Assembly (NCBI GenBank): GCA_030265395.1
Contig: JARFYF010000029.1
Location: 37,317,577 to 37,381,576 of the forward strand
Direction of reading: 5' to 3'
Length of the DNA: 64,000 bases
From: Rhina ancylostomus
Taxonomy: Eukaryota
A model generated the notes under the pieces. The model was not told where the DNA came from. It ran no database searches and saw nothing but the letters and a program-made list of their open reading frames with translations. The position numbers and the translations under genes were made by a program. Shown here piece by piece: positions 12,139-25,929 of this stretch; positions within the stretch are counted from its first letter, which is position 1; each line of letters begins with the position of its first letter.

Positions 12139-12796
12139 CTGCAGAGGAAAACAAACAATTGGGCAAAAACCCTTNNNNNNNNNNNNNNNNNNNNNNNNNN
12201 NNNNNNNNNNNNNNNNNNNNNNNNNNNNNNNNNNNNNNNNNNNNNNNNNNNNNNNNNNNNNNNNNNNNNNNNNNAAACAAACAATTGGGCAAAAACCCTT
12301 ATGGAGATGGAACTTCTGAAATAAAGCAGAGAACTATTCTTAAGATGCATGCATAAAATATCAATGCATAATTTTAAGATCAACACATAACCTTTTCCTA
12401 TCAGGGGCTGCAGAAAAATAATTTCAAAGATTTTAATCTAAATTTTAAATAAACTGTAATAGTGCCCAGAGGAAACAAAATGTTTGCAATACATGATCCA
12501 AATAGCAATGCAAGTTCTTAGCACGTAACGTTAAAGATGTTTAAGATGGAACTGGTCTCTCGAGCAGTGTTAAGATACAGAATGCTTTATAAAAGCATTA
12601 GCCTTTGAAAGGCAAGCTGCTAACATTGCACAGGCAATAGTCCAAATAAACTAGTGTAAAATTCCAATTTGAAACTGTTTGAAATGAGTGACATTTGTTC
12701 TGTGGGTAGATTAGGAAACCTAAAATTTTCCCACCCCATTTTTTTCCCCCCACATTTAAATACAGGCAATTAGAAGTATACTCATGCCTTACTGCA

Positions 12797-13083
12797 GGCA
12801 AAGTAGTGTAGCAGTTAGCATAACGCTTTACAGCGCCAGCGACCTGGGTTCAATTCCGGCCACTGTCTGTAAGGAGTTTGTACGTTTTCCCCGTGTCTGT
12901 GTGGGTTTCCTCCAGGTGCTTCAGTTTCCTCCCACATTCCAGAGACACAGTTTAGGTTGTGGGCATGCTATATTGATACTGGAAGCATGGCAACACTTGC
13001 AAGCTGCCCCCAGAACAATAGGCCAAAAAAATGCATTTCACTGTTTTGATGTACGTGATTAATAAAGACATCTTATGTTATCT
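12797..13083 (+). mobile_element. tRNA-derived V-SINE (HE1-like)
   Basis: A-box-like gtagtgtagcagttagc; B-box gggttcaattcc; V-core gtgtgggtttcctccaggtgcttcagtttcctcccaca; tail gcatttcactg...aataaagacatcttat. Confidence 0.85.
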
Positions 13084-14121
13084 AATGGTGGATCAAAGCC
13101 ATTTATGACTAGTCATCAGGAGCAATAAATCTAGTCCTTGTTATCTGCTCTCCCGTAACTTCATTACCCTCCAGCATCATGCAGTTGATAACCTGCATTC
13201 CAGTGCAGTTATCAGTTCTGACAACTTTTGGGGTGTCTTCATCTTGTTGAGCAATGCACAGTACACACTTCATCCAGCTGTCCCTCAGAATTACAACACT
13301 GCTATGTGGAAAGATACTATTCACGTTGCTGAGGTTCCCACCCAACTCTGATAGCAGACAGCACAGAGAAGACCCCAAGACGCAGCAGTGAAGTATGCAA
13401 GGAGTCAGAAATAATGCACTGTGAATCCACCAGAGGGGTAGAATTAAAAATAGATTTTGAAACAGATACAAACAGATACTCAAAAACTGATGTTTTTTTA
13501 GACAAGCAGTGTAAAGTTTCCACTGGTTATTGAGTCAATAACCAAAACGCAAGAGGACTGCAGATGGGTTAATAGAAATGTCATTTTGTGCATTAAAATC
13601 TCAATAGATTAAAATGATCCTTCATCTAAAGTTACTATCATTTGATGGTACTGAGTCAGAGAAAACATTAATGGGCTTCCTTAAAACCTCCTACCGAATG
13701 ACAATTCTATAGTGTATACTCTACTTCACATCAAATCTAAAACTGGCAAGTTTATGGATGTTTAACTTTCAACCTGTGGTATAGTTAAATGGAGTCTATG
13801 TACGGTAAGAAGCGTAACAATGGCAATATATTCAGTAAACTGTAGTTTCACTATAGTTCCATGCTTTATTCAGCTCTACTCGTAAGAATTAGCTTCATTA
13901 ACTTGTCATTTCCATGACAGTATATTTTACATATACAGATAGTTGCTTTAAATTTCAAGATTCTGCTATGCCAATGTTAACATTATTTTCCTTCACATTA
14001 ACATTTTGATAAATTAACCACACTCATGGTTATGAATATCTGATACCTCAATCCTTTGTAGAAAGCAAAGCTCTTCCAATCTGATACCACTGACAACCCA
14101 AATGAGACTTAAATTTTGAGG

Positions 14122-14385
14122 TAAGATGTTTTTAGTCACATGTACATTGAAACAGTGAAATGCATCTTTTGTGTAGTGCGCTCTGGGGGCAACCCACAAA
14201 TGTCACCATGCTTCCGGCACTAATGTAGCATGCCACAACTTCCTAACCTATACGCCTTTGGAACATGGGAGGAAACTGGAGCACCCAGAGGAAACCCACG
14301 CAGACACGGCAAACTCCTTACAGACCAAAGCTGAAATTGAACCCAGGTTGTAATAGTGTTATGTGAACTGCTGTACTACCATGCC
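14122..14385 (-). mobile_element. V-SINE (HE1-like), inverted relative to the 12797 copy
   Basis: Reverse complement of the V-core (gggaggaaactggagcacccagaggaaacccacgcagacac) and of the same tail (ttagtcacatgtacattgaaacagtgaaatgcatc). Confidence 0.85.
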
Positions 14386-15039
14386 TGGTGTTACATTGTT
14401 ACAATACAAATTACATACAATCAATATGCCAACAATCCACAAAAAGTATGTTTCAGGCTATAACTACTACAACCAAAAGTGATCACAATACTGCTACATG
14501 GTACAGCCTAGAATATATTTCTAATTTCACACCTTGGTCTTCATTAAAATCACCCCAGCTCAAAGCAGTGAAGTTTGCTTTGCTGTTGAGCTAGGAAGAG
14601 CAAAGATACACTTGCTTCATCTTGATCCCCTGCCAGCAATTCTGCTACAATCATTGTGGAGAGTGTGCTTGGCTTTTATGGCAGAAAAATATTATGCACC
14701 CCATTTACACAATGACCCATGAAACTGCATTGTCACACGAGTTACCTTTGTGAGAAGCACTGGAAAAGAGGGTGAAATAACAATGGGTGAGCAACTTTAT
14801 GGATTATTTTAACCAGCTATATTATAGAATTCCAACATTTACAAAGAACAGGAGCCGATTTAGTCCACTACATGTATGCTGGCTCTGTGAAGCAGTGCTC
14901 AAATTTAGTTGTACATCACAATCACTGTAACACTGCAAATTAGGCCCGAAAACTAGGTCAGAAAACACCCAATTGTTTTTGATCAGTTCTATTCAAATCT
15001 ATACAATAGATACTTCTGGTGGCCCAAATGAATACTGTG

Positions 15040-16400
15040 TGTCAGTATTCACCAGGGAGAAGGACAGGGAGTTAGAGGTGGTGTATGCCAGTAGTCTCAA
15101 TATGTACGCATCAGGAAAAGGGGTGTGTTAGAGATATTGACACATTAAGGTGGACAAATCCCAGGGCCTGATGAGGAGCCTTGTGTCAATAGCAGGAAAA
15201 CTGGAAAATANNNNNNNNNNNNNNNNNNNNNNNNNNNNNNNNNNNNNNNNNNNNGATTACTGGGAGGCAGCATGGGAAATCCTGCCTCACAAATCTGACC
15301 GAAGGTTTTTTTAAATTGCATTACTAAAAAAATTGATGAAGGCAAGACAGTAGGCATGATATACATGGGTCTTAGCAAGGTTTTTGACAAAGTTGTCATG
15401 GTAGGCTGGTCCAAGTTGTTTTGGCAAACTAGATCTAAAATTGGCTAGGTGAGAGGAGGTAGAGGATATTGATGGAGGGTTGTTTTACTGCAAGTCAGTA
15501 ACCTGCGGCAGATTGCAAGGAGTGGTGCTTAGACCTTCGTAGTTTGTCATATTTTATTTCCATGAGAACATTTATGGTCTAATGTTATTTTTCTGATTAC
15601 ATGAAGATTGGAGTTGCAGATAGCAAGGATAGTTGCCTAAAGGGATAAAGATCCACTGGAAAATTGGGCAAAGGTAGCAGATGGAATTTAATCCAGACAA
15701 GGTGTAATGTATTTTGGGCCATCTAATGTAGGTAGGACATGTACATCATAAATGGCAGAGACCTTGGAAGCATTGATGTACAGAATCTAAGTTTATAACA
15801 CCCTGAAAATGGTAACACAGCTGAATAAAGTAGCAGCAGCAGCATTTAGCTTTTTTTAAAAAACTTCACAGGGAGGGGCACTGAGTATAAGAATTGGGAA
15901 TGTCATATTGCAGTTGTACAAAACATCAGTTAGGCCACACTTGAACTACTGTGTGCAGTTCTGGTCACTGCACTATAGAAAGGATGTGTTAGCACAAGAA
16001 AAATTGCAGGAGAGATTCACCAGGAAATTATAGAGGCATAGATAGGGCAGATAGACAGTCTTTCCTTCCAACCCACCCCCCACCCCAGGGGAGGAGTGTC
16101 AAGTACTAGAGGGCAATGATTTGAGGTGAGAATGGGAAAATTTGAGATTAATGAGGCAAATTCTTTTTTTATTTTTTTAAGAAACACAATGGTAGGTGCC
16201 TGGAATTCACTGCCGGGGAGATGGTGGAAGCAAATATGATAGCATTGTTTAACTGGCTTTTGGACAGGAACATGAACAGTAGGGAATGGAGGGATATGGA
16301 TCACGTGCAAGTAGATGTGCAATTCAGATAGGTTTCATGGTTCGCACAGACATCATGGGCCAAAAGGTTTGTTCCTGTGCTGTATGTACTGTTCTGTTTT
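15040..16400 (+). mobile_element. Decayed CR1 LINE (RT region to 3' end)
   Basis: Remnants of VDKSQGPD, GKSCLTNL, IYMGLSKVFDKV (from DFSKAFDKV) and VRPHL..CVQFWS; CR1-type 3' end gggccaaaaggtttgttcctgtgctgtat; many stops and frameshifts. Confidence 0.85.
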
Positions 16401-17504
16401 ATCATCCATCTTCAAGTTTAATATGGTGTCAGCAGCACCATTTTTGTTGTGCAGTTGTAATAATGTGTCACAGTTATTATGTATACAGCTCAACTGTCTT
16501 AGAAAATGTGATACAAATCGCTTTACAAGAACAAGCAGTTAATCTGTCAAGGTTACTCTACATTAGTGTCTACTCAGAACATGCACAAATGCCAATGTTC
16601 GGGGTACAGGGTGGTGGAAGGTTATAGAGTGCCATCATTCCTTATTGAATTCAGAAGAGCAGTCTTCAGTGCTATTTCATAACTAGGCTTTGTACTGGAC
16701 TTCAAATAGTTGATAACTATTGAATAGGCAATATAAAAAAAGTCCAAATAAACTTGACAATCTACAATGCATGTCAAAACCAAAGTAGTCACAAGAGCAA
16801 AGTCCAATTCCTGTGTTACAAACTGTAAAAAACCATTAGTTATTTTACATTAATAAGAGATAAAAATGGATTAACCAGATCCACAACTTAATGTAGAATC
16901 AAAACAAAAATCATGGACTATGTTTCAATTGCATATCTCACACCACCTTCATTTTTCTCCTTTCAAAAAAACTTCTTCCAAGTGCTTAACCATATCCTAA
17001 GTTTGCAGATACAATCAAATCTCACTGCCTCCTTTCATAGTCCATTCCATATAATCAATATTTTTGGAAAAAAGGTGCAAAATAGTTAGTTGTGCTTAAA
17101 GGGGTAAATAACCTAAACCAGATGCAATTTGGTATATGGGCATAAGGGTGCAATGCAACTGCCATGTCTACCAAAGCAAGATTTCTACCACATGTGTATA
17201 GATGTAGTTGCACAAAATCTCACTGGCAAAGCCTCAGTGTGTAACTTTTCATTAGACAATGTTTTGATCTAGGCATGAAAAATTTGGCATTTTGGAGTAG
17301 AGAATTCAAGGGGACCTTCCCTAACTACCAGCCCCCCCACCACAAAGCATATAGACCTGTTGTCATTAAGTGCTCCAAATTTTAATAGAACGCTACCTTT
17401 AAACAGTTATGCTGCAGCTAAAGATTATATGCAGCTCTAAAAATGGTATTTATCAAGGTACACAGACAAAATNNNNNNNNNNNNNNNNNNNNNNNNNNNN
17501 NNNN

Positions 17505-17588
17505 TGGGAGGAAAGGGTTAGATAGTGTGAGGTGTGGTTTGATGGACGGCACAACATGGTGGGCTGAAGGGCCTGTATTGTTCTATGG
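17505..17588 (+). mobile_element. CR1-type 3' tail fragment (LINE or SINE end) next to a gap
   Basis: ggcacaacatggtgggctgaagggcctgtattgttctatg. Confidence 0.6.
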
Positions 17589-18265
17589 AAATAATTTCAT
17601 AAGCTTCCTAATCAAAATAGGGGTAAGACTTACTTTAGTATTCGTTTGGGAAAAGAAAACAGAAGTCTCATCGAACACGAGATTATCCTGGGCTCGATAA
17701 CAACTCACTCTGAAGATATGACAGAAGTTACTCTTTTCTCAGTTACTTCACAGAAGCAGCACTTGGTAGTTTAGATGCAAAATTTCACCTTTTACTTCAG
17801 AAAGTTCACAGTATTAAATCCATCCAAGCAGAAATGTCAACAACCTATTTCTCAATTCTGCTGAACTCTGAAAATGCCAATTATTAATAAAAACAAGATT
17901 AGAAATTCTTAAGGTTTATTTTCCGTGCATAAATGAATCTTAACTAAAACCAAAATGCTAATTGCAATCAGATCTTGGTGTACACACATCTGGATATACA
18001 ACCCTGGTTCTCTGCAGGTCTGACATATGGTGATTGCCACACATGCTTGGTTAAGTCAAATGGCAAGCAGCAGATATCTTGACATCACTTGCACAAAATT
18101 TCTTTGTGCATTCTAGACCTGTGAACACCATGGACCACCCAAATCAAAGCAAACACAATTATAACATTGCAGGAAGGTATGCTTTCAAATCCATGAAGTT
18201 TGCTGTCCTCCATTCTCACAGCCCTTGACAACATGCATGAGATTAGCAACCCCCTACAACTTCTG

Positions 18266-18625
18266 GACAGCACTGTGGTACAATGAGAAGCCCTGCTACC
18301 TCAGTTCTAATGACCCAGTTTCAAACTGACCTCATACCTTAGTGAAGTTTGCACATTCTCCCTGCAATTGTGTGGGTTTCCTTCAGGTTTTCCTGTTTCT
18401 TCCCATATCTCAAAGATTAATGTAGGTTAATTGGCCACTGTTTACCTATGCACTTGGGGCAATTTACAGAGCCCAGATGTGAATGGAAATGGGAGGAGAA
18501 TGAAATGGGTTAGGGTAGGATTAGTGTAACACGGTGTTTGATAGCTATCACAGATTCACTCAATGATAGGGCCTGTTTCCACGCAACACCACCTCCCCTC
18601 CCAACACTCTTTCTATAACTATGAC
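18266..18625 (+). mobile_element. Older V-SINE with CR1-type tail
   Basis: Degenerate V-core gaagtttgcacattctccctgcaattgtgtgggtttccttcagg...tcccatatctcaaag; gtaggttaattggccactgt; tail gggcctgtttcc...tctataactatgact. Confidence 0.7.
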
Positions 18626-19189
18626 TTCAGCTCCCAGATGCCCCTTCCCTGAAGGCAATTCTATTCCCAAAGCCTCCAATCCCAGGCCCAAGCCTCCTTA
18701 TTGGTCCCCAACCACTAATCTGTTGCCTACTTAACTTTATCCACCTGCTCCACCAGTGCAGAACTGGCAGAAAAAAAGGTCTGTTCTAATCATACACAAT
18801 GCTCAGGGAAGGTCATGGAGTTAGACTCTCAAAGGTTGGAGAGCTGAACTCTCAAAACAGGAATGGACCTACCATCAATACCATGGTGAAATGCAGTAAC
18901 TAGCATGCAAGATCTAGTTCAGCAAGATCTTCCTGTCATGAATGATTCAATGAACCATAAAGTGAAATACGATCATCAGTGATTACTCATTTATATTTTA
19001 TTAAAAATCCCTTAGGTTTCTATGACTGAACCAACATTTATGGTATCAACATTGGTACCAAATGCCTAAAACTTCAAGTCTGCTGAACACTTGCAGCACA
19101 GCAAATTATGTAATAATGCTATTTAAACCAATATCTACATGCTGAAAAGGAGCTTTTCTTTTTCTCTATACATTTTATTTACACCCATT

Positions 19190-19640
19190 TTGGAAGTTAT
19201 ATTGGACTTGAAAGGAATGCAGCATAGATTAATCAGAATGATACATGGACTCCCAGGGTTAAATTACAAAAGGGAGGTAATTAAAAAAGTTACAGCATAC
19301 TTTGAAGCTTTCAAGACATTAAAGAGACCTGATAGGCCAGACAAAAAGAAATTACTACACTAGGTTGAGGAATCTAGAATTAGGGGCAGTGCCTATAATT
19401 CTAAGTTGAGACTTTTTAGGGCTGAAGTTAGGAATCAATACTATATGCAGAGGATGGTAGAAATGTTGAAGTCTTCTGCAAATAGCAATTGAAAGTCAAT
19501 TGGTCATTTAAAAACCTGAAATTGATAAGATTTTTTCCAGTGAAAGTATTAAAGTTTGAAGAAAAAGCAAGGTACATGGTACTGGATCACAAATCAGCTG
19601 TGACCTTGTTAAACAATAAAATAGATCTTAGTTAAGTGTT
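19190..19640 (+). mobile_element. Decayed CR1 LINE 3' fragment
   Basis: LKGMQHRLIRMIHGLPGLNY resembles CR1 ORF2 C-terminus (LERVQRRFTRMIPGL.GL.Y); gaatctagaattaggggcag. Confidence 0.7.
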
Positions 19641-20329
19641 CTATCACCATCATTCTTCACCAACACTACTTAGAATCCCAGTACACCACTTAAGACTGTA
19701 ATCCTCAATTTTAAATCTTCCACAAATACATGATTTAAGAAATGACTTCTTGCCCTATTCCAACTCTGGACTGTAAGCAAAGGCCAACAATCCATCAAAA
19801 AAACCTAATCACTACATTTCTACTCTATGGAAATTTCCCAAAAGAATCTCAACTGACCACCACTCAAGTATCTTCTGGAAAATTCATCAAGTCTCCAACC
19901 ATTAAAGCTTTTACCTTCTGTTTATTGTTCACCTGAGAATGTCTCTTTTATAAAAAGCTATACAACGCAAATTGTTCTATAGATTATATACTCTGCCAAA
20001 AGGAGATTAGTTAATACAAATAAAGCCACATTTGCAGACTTGCTTCACTACAAGTCATTTTATTTTGCATAAGCCTCGCGTAAAACAAAAAAATCAGGCA
20101 TGTTGCATGACCTGCAGAAGAGGGGAAAAAATGGAACAATTCTTCCATAATACATGGAGTCCAGTACAACCGTGAACCACTTGCCCTTTTGATCCAACAT
20201 AACTNNNAAGTTTTACCTGAGTCCTTAAGACAAATCAAATGCAACTAAGAGAGGTCCATTAGACTAATCCCTAGAATAAGAGTTGTCCTATTACAACTAG
20301 GCTAACAAGGTGGTTAACCTTGTGGCTAA

Positions 20330-20750
20330 CAAGGTTAGTTCTATCAACTTTGGAGTTAAGAAGAATGAGGGGTGATCTTATTGAAAGATACAAGATCCTA
20401 AGGGGGTTTGACAGGGTAGTTGTTGGGGTGTTTGCATGAATGGGAGTTTCAAACAAGGGGACATTGTTACAGGAGTGTGGTCATTAAAGCTTGAGATGCA
20501 CAGGAAATTCTTGCAGAGGGAGGCAAATTTTTGGATATCTGTACATTAGATGGTTTAGAGACTAGATGACTGGAGGTATTTAAAAAGAGGTAGATAAAAT
20601 TTTGAAGAGTCAGGGAATTCAGAGCTATGGGGAACTGGCACAGAAGATAAGTTGAAGCCTGGGGCAGATCAGCCATGAACATATTGATTGGTGGGGTAGG
20701 TTTCAGGGTGGCCTACTCCAACTCTTATTTTCCTGTATTCCTGTGTCTTG
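20330..20750 (+). mobile_element. CR1 LINE 3' fragment
   Basis: ggagttaagaagaatgaggggtgatcttattgaaagatacaagatcctaagggggtttgacagggtag (RRMRGDLIE.YKIL.G.D); 3' UTR gatcagccatgaacatattgattgg...ggcctactcc. Confidence 0.85.
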
Positions 20751-21800
20751 GATTTGCAATATGGTACTGGCAACACAATGCAGAAATAGTGATTCCCTGT
20801 AAAACCATAGAAACACATTGTAAACTGAAACCTGTGTATGCACTTATAATAGACTCTTTGTGAAGAATTAAACCTGAATATCCAGTCTGAATTTGGACGC
20901 TAACCCAACTANNNNNNNNNNNNNNNNNNNNNNNNNNNNNNNNNNNNNNNNNNNNNNNNNNNNNNNNNNNNNNNNNNNNNNNNNNNNNNNNNNNNNNNNN
21001 NNNNNNNNNNNNNNNNNNNNNNNNNNNNNNNNNNNNNNNNNNNNNNNNNNNNNNNNNNNNNNNNNNNNNNNNNNNNNNNNNNNNNNNNNNNNNNNNNNNN
21101 NNNNNNNNNNNNNNNNNNNNNNNNNNNNNNNNNNNNNNNNNNNNNNNNNNNNNNNNNNNNNNNNNNNNNNNNNNNNNNNNNNNNNNNNNNNNNNNNNNNN
21201 NNNNNNNNNNNNNNNNNNNNNNNNNNNNNNNNNNNNNNNNNNNNNNNNNNNNNNNNNNNNNNNNNNTCTCCTCTGCACTCCCTTCAGTCTAACCACATCT
21301 TTCCTACAATGTTACATCCACAAATTTTCATTGGCATTAGAATTTGTGCAATTACATGAATTAATGGCAAAAAAAGTAACATTTAAAAAAATTACATGAA
21401 TTAGCTCCAAATTTAAATCATTAAATTATGCTGGTTTAGTTTAACTCTGAAGGCAACTGTACAAGTAACTAACTGCAGCACCTATGGAAAAGCAGGAGGA
21501 AGCAAAGAGATAGTAACACTTTGGGAATAGCCTTTCCATCCAAAGGGGAAGCAGCCTAACATTCTTCTCTTTCCACACTAGAATTTTCTACATTTCCATT
21601 CATCTGACAATTTACACACTTTGCTTTAACTGTAATTCATTGCAGGAGGAATTCCTAATCTATCTTGATTTTTTTCCTCTCAAATTCTCCTAGTCTGGAG
21701 TGCTATACAACATCCTTAAATGCAAGTGTATGTGTTTCTGTACTAGGACAAGACAAGCTGTGATGCCTTTCTGGTTAAAATATGGATAGATACATTTAAG

Positions 21801-22002
21801 TTTTTTTAAAATTTTATTTACAGCATGGTAACAGACCCTTTTTAAACCCCAAATTAACCTACCCATGTGTCTTTGGAATGTGGAAGGAAACCGGAGCACC
21901 TGGGGGAAACCCACGCAGACACGGGAGAATGTACAAACTCCTTACAGACAGTGGCGGGAATTGAATCCAGGTCGCTGGAACTGTGTACACTACTGTGCCG
22001 CC
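21801..22002 (-). mobile_element. V-SINE with CR1-type tail
   Basis: Reverse V-core ggaaggaaaccggagcacctgggggaaacccacgcagacacgggagaatgtacaaactccttacagacagtggc; tail reads aagggtctgttaccatgctgtaaataaaa on minus. Confidence 0.85.
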
Positions 22003-25000
22003 CATGTGCCTTAAGACTCAGTGAAAAATGGACATTTAGACAATACACTGGAGGGGAGTTACTTTTGTGAGTGATAATGCCATACAAGGAAATTAGTGAT
22101 TTTGGGGGGTGGGGGGGGGAAGGGAGGAGGAATGTAGATTCATTCCAAAGCCATTACAAGGTTAACATGAAATCATAGGTACACTAATGCAACTACAACT
22201 TTTAATTTCTTCCCCCAACCCCACCTAGTATTAGCATATTTTGCATTTTGTCTCTCTTGGATAAGCCTCCATCATGATGAACCGACAATACCACTTCACA
22301 GCTCACTTCTGGGAGGTCTACATCAGCTGACATTGAACTTCTACTTATAATCCGCCTCCTTGCAATAGAATTGCTTGGTAGGGGTTAAAAGGAACTCAGT
22401 GCACTGAATGAGTCAAACTGGCACACTTGGTACAGCACAGTGTACCAATAAACATGAAATATTTCATGGCACATCATTTCTTTAAAATCTCATGTCTCAT
22501 CTACAAATTGAGAAACCATTAGATTACAACACTCCAGTCCATGAGCAAAAAGTTTCTTTTGAATTAAAATTCCAGTACCATGATTTGATTTCTGGAAATA
22601 AACCACGCTTAAGGATACATTTATACCAATGATAACTTTGTGCAACTGATTTTTTTTGTACCACCAGAATGAAACAAACATGTTTCCTCAGCCTTCTTTG
22701 ACCCATCACCCAGTGGTGAATGCATTACAAATAAGTTCAGTTTTCTCAGAGGTCACTGATTGAGGTGAATGGAATAGTTTGACTAACTTTGGGGGAAAGC
22801 AATGCTTGAATCATCTTGTATAAGATCTAAAGACCATCCAGAAGGAATTCCAAATACTTTGGATTTAGACACCGCAAATATAGCAGATCAAATACATTTT
22901 TACACTTGGAATGTGTGAAATTCTATATCTTGATAGTGGCCATCTCAGATTTGTACTGTTAAAGCCTACTCTCCATTGTGTTGATCTTCAGACAAGAGGG
23001 AAACAATACAAAAAGTACTTTTTTCCCCCCGTTATTAGAACCTCTAGTGCCAGATGTGTGCTCCAATTACACTGATAGATTTTACAGATCAGTAATTTGC
23101 AAAAGGAAACTATTTTAAGCTCAAGAAAATTACATTTTTAATTTTTGGAGACTGAACCTGGATCCAAGTATAGCAATGGTCAACATGTTCCATTGAAAGA
23201 TAACCACAATGAAAATCTGCAGACAAGAAAAGTGAGCATTCAGCCTATAACAAAAAGGAAATAAACTGCCCCAAATCACTCACCTATACAACTGTTCTAG
23301 AGCTACCTATAAACTTGAATGAAAAAAATCAATTCAGATAGTTCATGTTACTTCTAGACTTAATAATTTGTCTTCCAAGGATGCAATATGAAGTGGTTGA
23401 TTTTAATTATGATAGAACACGCCAAACTAAACTTTCAATAAGTCATCTCCAATGAGAACATTATTGGTACCTGATGTTTTAAATACTGTCACTGTTGAGC
23501 ATCTTTACACCACAAGCTAAATAATACTGACACTATTTCCAACTTTATGTTTAAACTAATTTTCCATTTGTTGTTAACACCAAGGGAGAAATATTTCATA
23601 CATTATACCAAATATAGAATTGTACAAAATTACAAATACACCAAGTTGCAATTTTTAAGCACCGGTCAACCTTATGCCATCAGAAGTCCTTCAAAAGACT
23701 TTTGCTAAATAAAAGTTTAATAAAAATGTAACAAATATCCTATCACTTAACGCAGGCTTCATTCTGGGTCACTGCCCAAGCCACAGATAGCATTACTCCA
23801 GTTTCTTTAAACCATTTGTTTATCTCAATTTTCCAAGTCTCAGATCAATAAACAGTCATCAATCTCCTGACATATTCAGTTTGAACATTCTTCCCTTCCT
23901 TCCTCACATTTCTACAATTTAAAGAAATCACCTCATTTTATTATGACCCAGATGTGTTAACATACTTCAAGGTTGCATGCACCACAAGGTAAAGCTGCAC
24001 ACTGTTATAGAGCCATTTAGTGTTATTCTCGTAAAATTTATCATTTGTTCATAATTGAGATTTGCATTTTAAATCCCAATTGGCTTAAAGTAATGTTGTC
24101 TTTCAAGAAAGTCAAAAGAGGATCTAAAAACTCCCTTAGCAAAACCAAATGTATTCAGTTTTATACAGTCACACACAACTCATGATCAGGAACAATAAAG
24201 TAAATGTGCCAGGTCTGTTCTGCAAGAAACCAGCAAGTTTCAATGATATTCACTATGCATAAAATAAAGAGCTAGCTGCATCAAAAATCTCATGCAGTGT
24301 TTGATACCCAACATGTATAAATTTTAGAAGCATACTTTGAAAAATCATACTGTCCTGCTGCCAGAATGCTACAAAGAGCAAGTGATAATCAGGTAAATTT
24401 TAGTAATTTATTGATAATAAATTTTATTCTAAGAAGTTTGTATAAAATTGAGGCAGATATCTCAAATAGTCTGCTCTTCTCCTTTACTATTGGAAAACCC
24501 ACATTCATATCATCTGTCACTTAGCTCTTATTCAAGCAGCACTGCAGACACACTGGCTACATGAACTGACCTGGGCCAAGTAAAAACAAACCCCAATAAA
24601 TCACCAGATGCAAGTAATTGAGCTGTGATCAGATTAATTAATTGAATAGTTTCCTGGGAATTTATTGTTACCTAACCCTCAAAACTCACAGCTCATTTTG
24701 AAGTAATAATCTTATGTTAACTGCAGACTAAAACCTGAGATACAATACTTACTATATGAAAGAAAGTTTGATTAGCTGAACTTGGGAATCTTGCTACAAA
24801 TGAACATATGGAGGTAGTACAGCTTTTGCCTGAAGAAAACCTGATTAGCTTGCACCCCATGTTTATCTGGTAACATTCAGTACTAATTCAAAAAATTTAT
24901 TTCATCTTATGCCTCAGAGTCTTCAAAGTGTAGAATGACTGTTTTTCATTAAAGACACGAAGGAATAAAAGATTTCATATTATGGTTTACAAATGTGTGT

Positions 25001-25929
25001 TCCTTCTCCAATAGGAAATGCCACACATGCAGTGTAGGATGTGCCAAAGTTGAAACTAAAGATGCAATTACACGAAGTACAGCTTCAGAATCCTTCAACA
25101 GGAATACACATGACTACACATTACAGCAAAAACTGCTACTTTTCTCTTGTCCCAAGTAATTGAAAGTCTCAAAGGCAAGCAAATTCCTTTGTTTAGAAAA
25201 TTCGGCTGGGTTTCTATCAGCATCAATGAAAATACTACCCAGCCAATTCAGCAATTCCAGGCAAGATGGAAACACCAATACTTTTCCAAAAATGAAAGAC
25301 AATGTCCAAGATGAGCTTTATTTGTTTATACCAAAACTTGTGCAAAGGCTGTGGACAATATAGATTCAAAAACAGATTGCTTTAGTTTCCTTTTCTAACA
25401 TGTACAAAGACTTAACTTACTTTGTACACGGGCTACAGACTAATCCACTAGTTTTATGGTCTGTTAAACATTTGTGGTGAAACAACCTTCACCCACCATT
25501 GATTTAATTCAGGCATTGTGGTGTGGGGTGTTCTTGTATACTCACCTCTTACATCGCTTTGTTTCTCATAGAAAACTTTTTCAATATTCTATTCTTCTGC
25601 ATGAAATGTTCAACATTGAAGATTTAGGTAGAAATAGATGCATATTCAGAGTCCTCACTGGAAAATTCTGAAGCTGAAAGACAGGGATCTAGGACCCACT
25701 GCTTTCCTTAGCTTAACAACAGCCTTCTATACTTACACACGATGACCGGCAAACACAGCCTAAAAATGCAGGCTTTTGTGGACTTGGAGGACAATTTTTT
25801 TTAGAACTATAGGTCACTCAAGATCTACACAGACAACAGTGCAAGTTACAGTAATTAGAATCAGAGTTGTACAGCACAGAATGGGCCCTTCAGCCCAGCA
25901 TGTCAATTCTGACTGTTATACCCAAATGT

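Noticed and set aside
12797-12870. tRNA-like A and B boxes as a tRNA gene
   Set aside because: No complete cloverleaf; they run directly into a V-SINE core.
22101-22130. G-rich tracts with G-quadruplex potential (also C-runs at about 6413-6432 and G-run at 27883-27897)
   Set aside because: Simple homopolymer-like runs are common in these genomes; nothing supports function.
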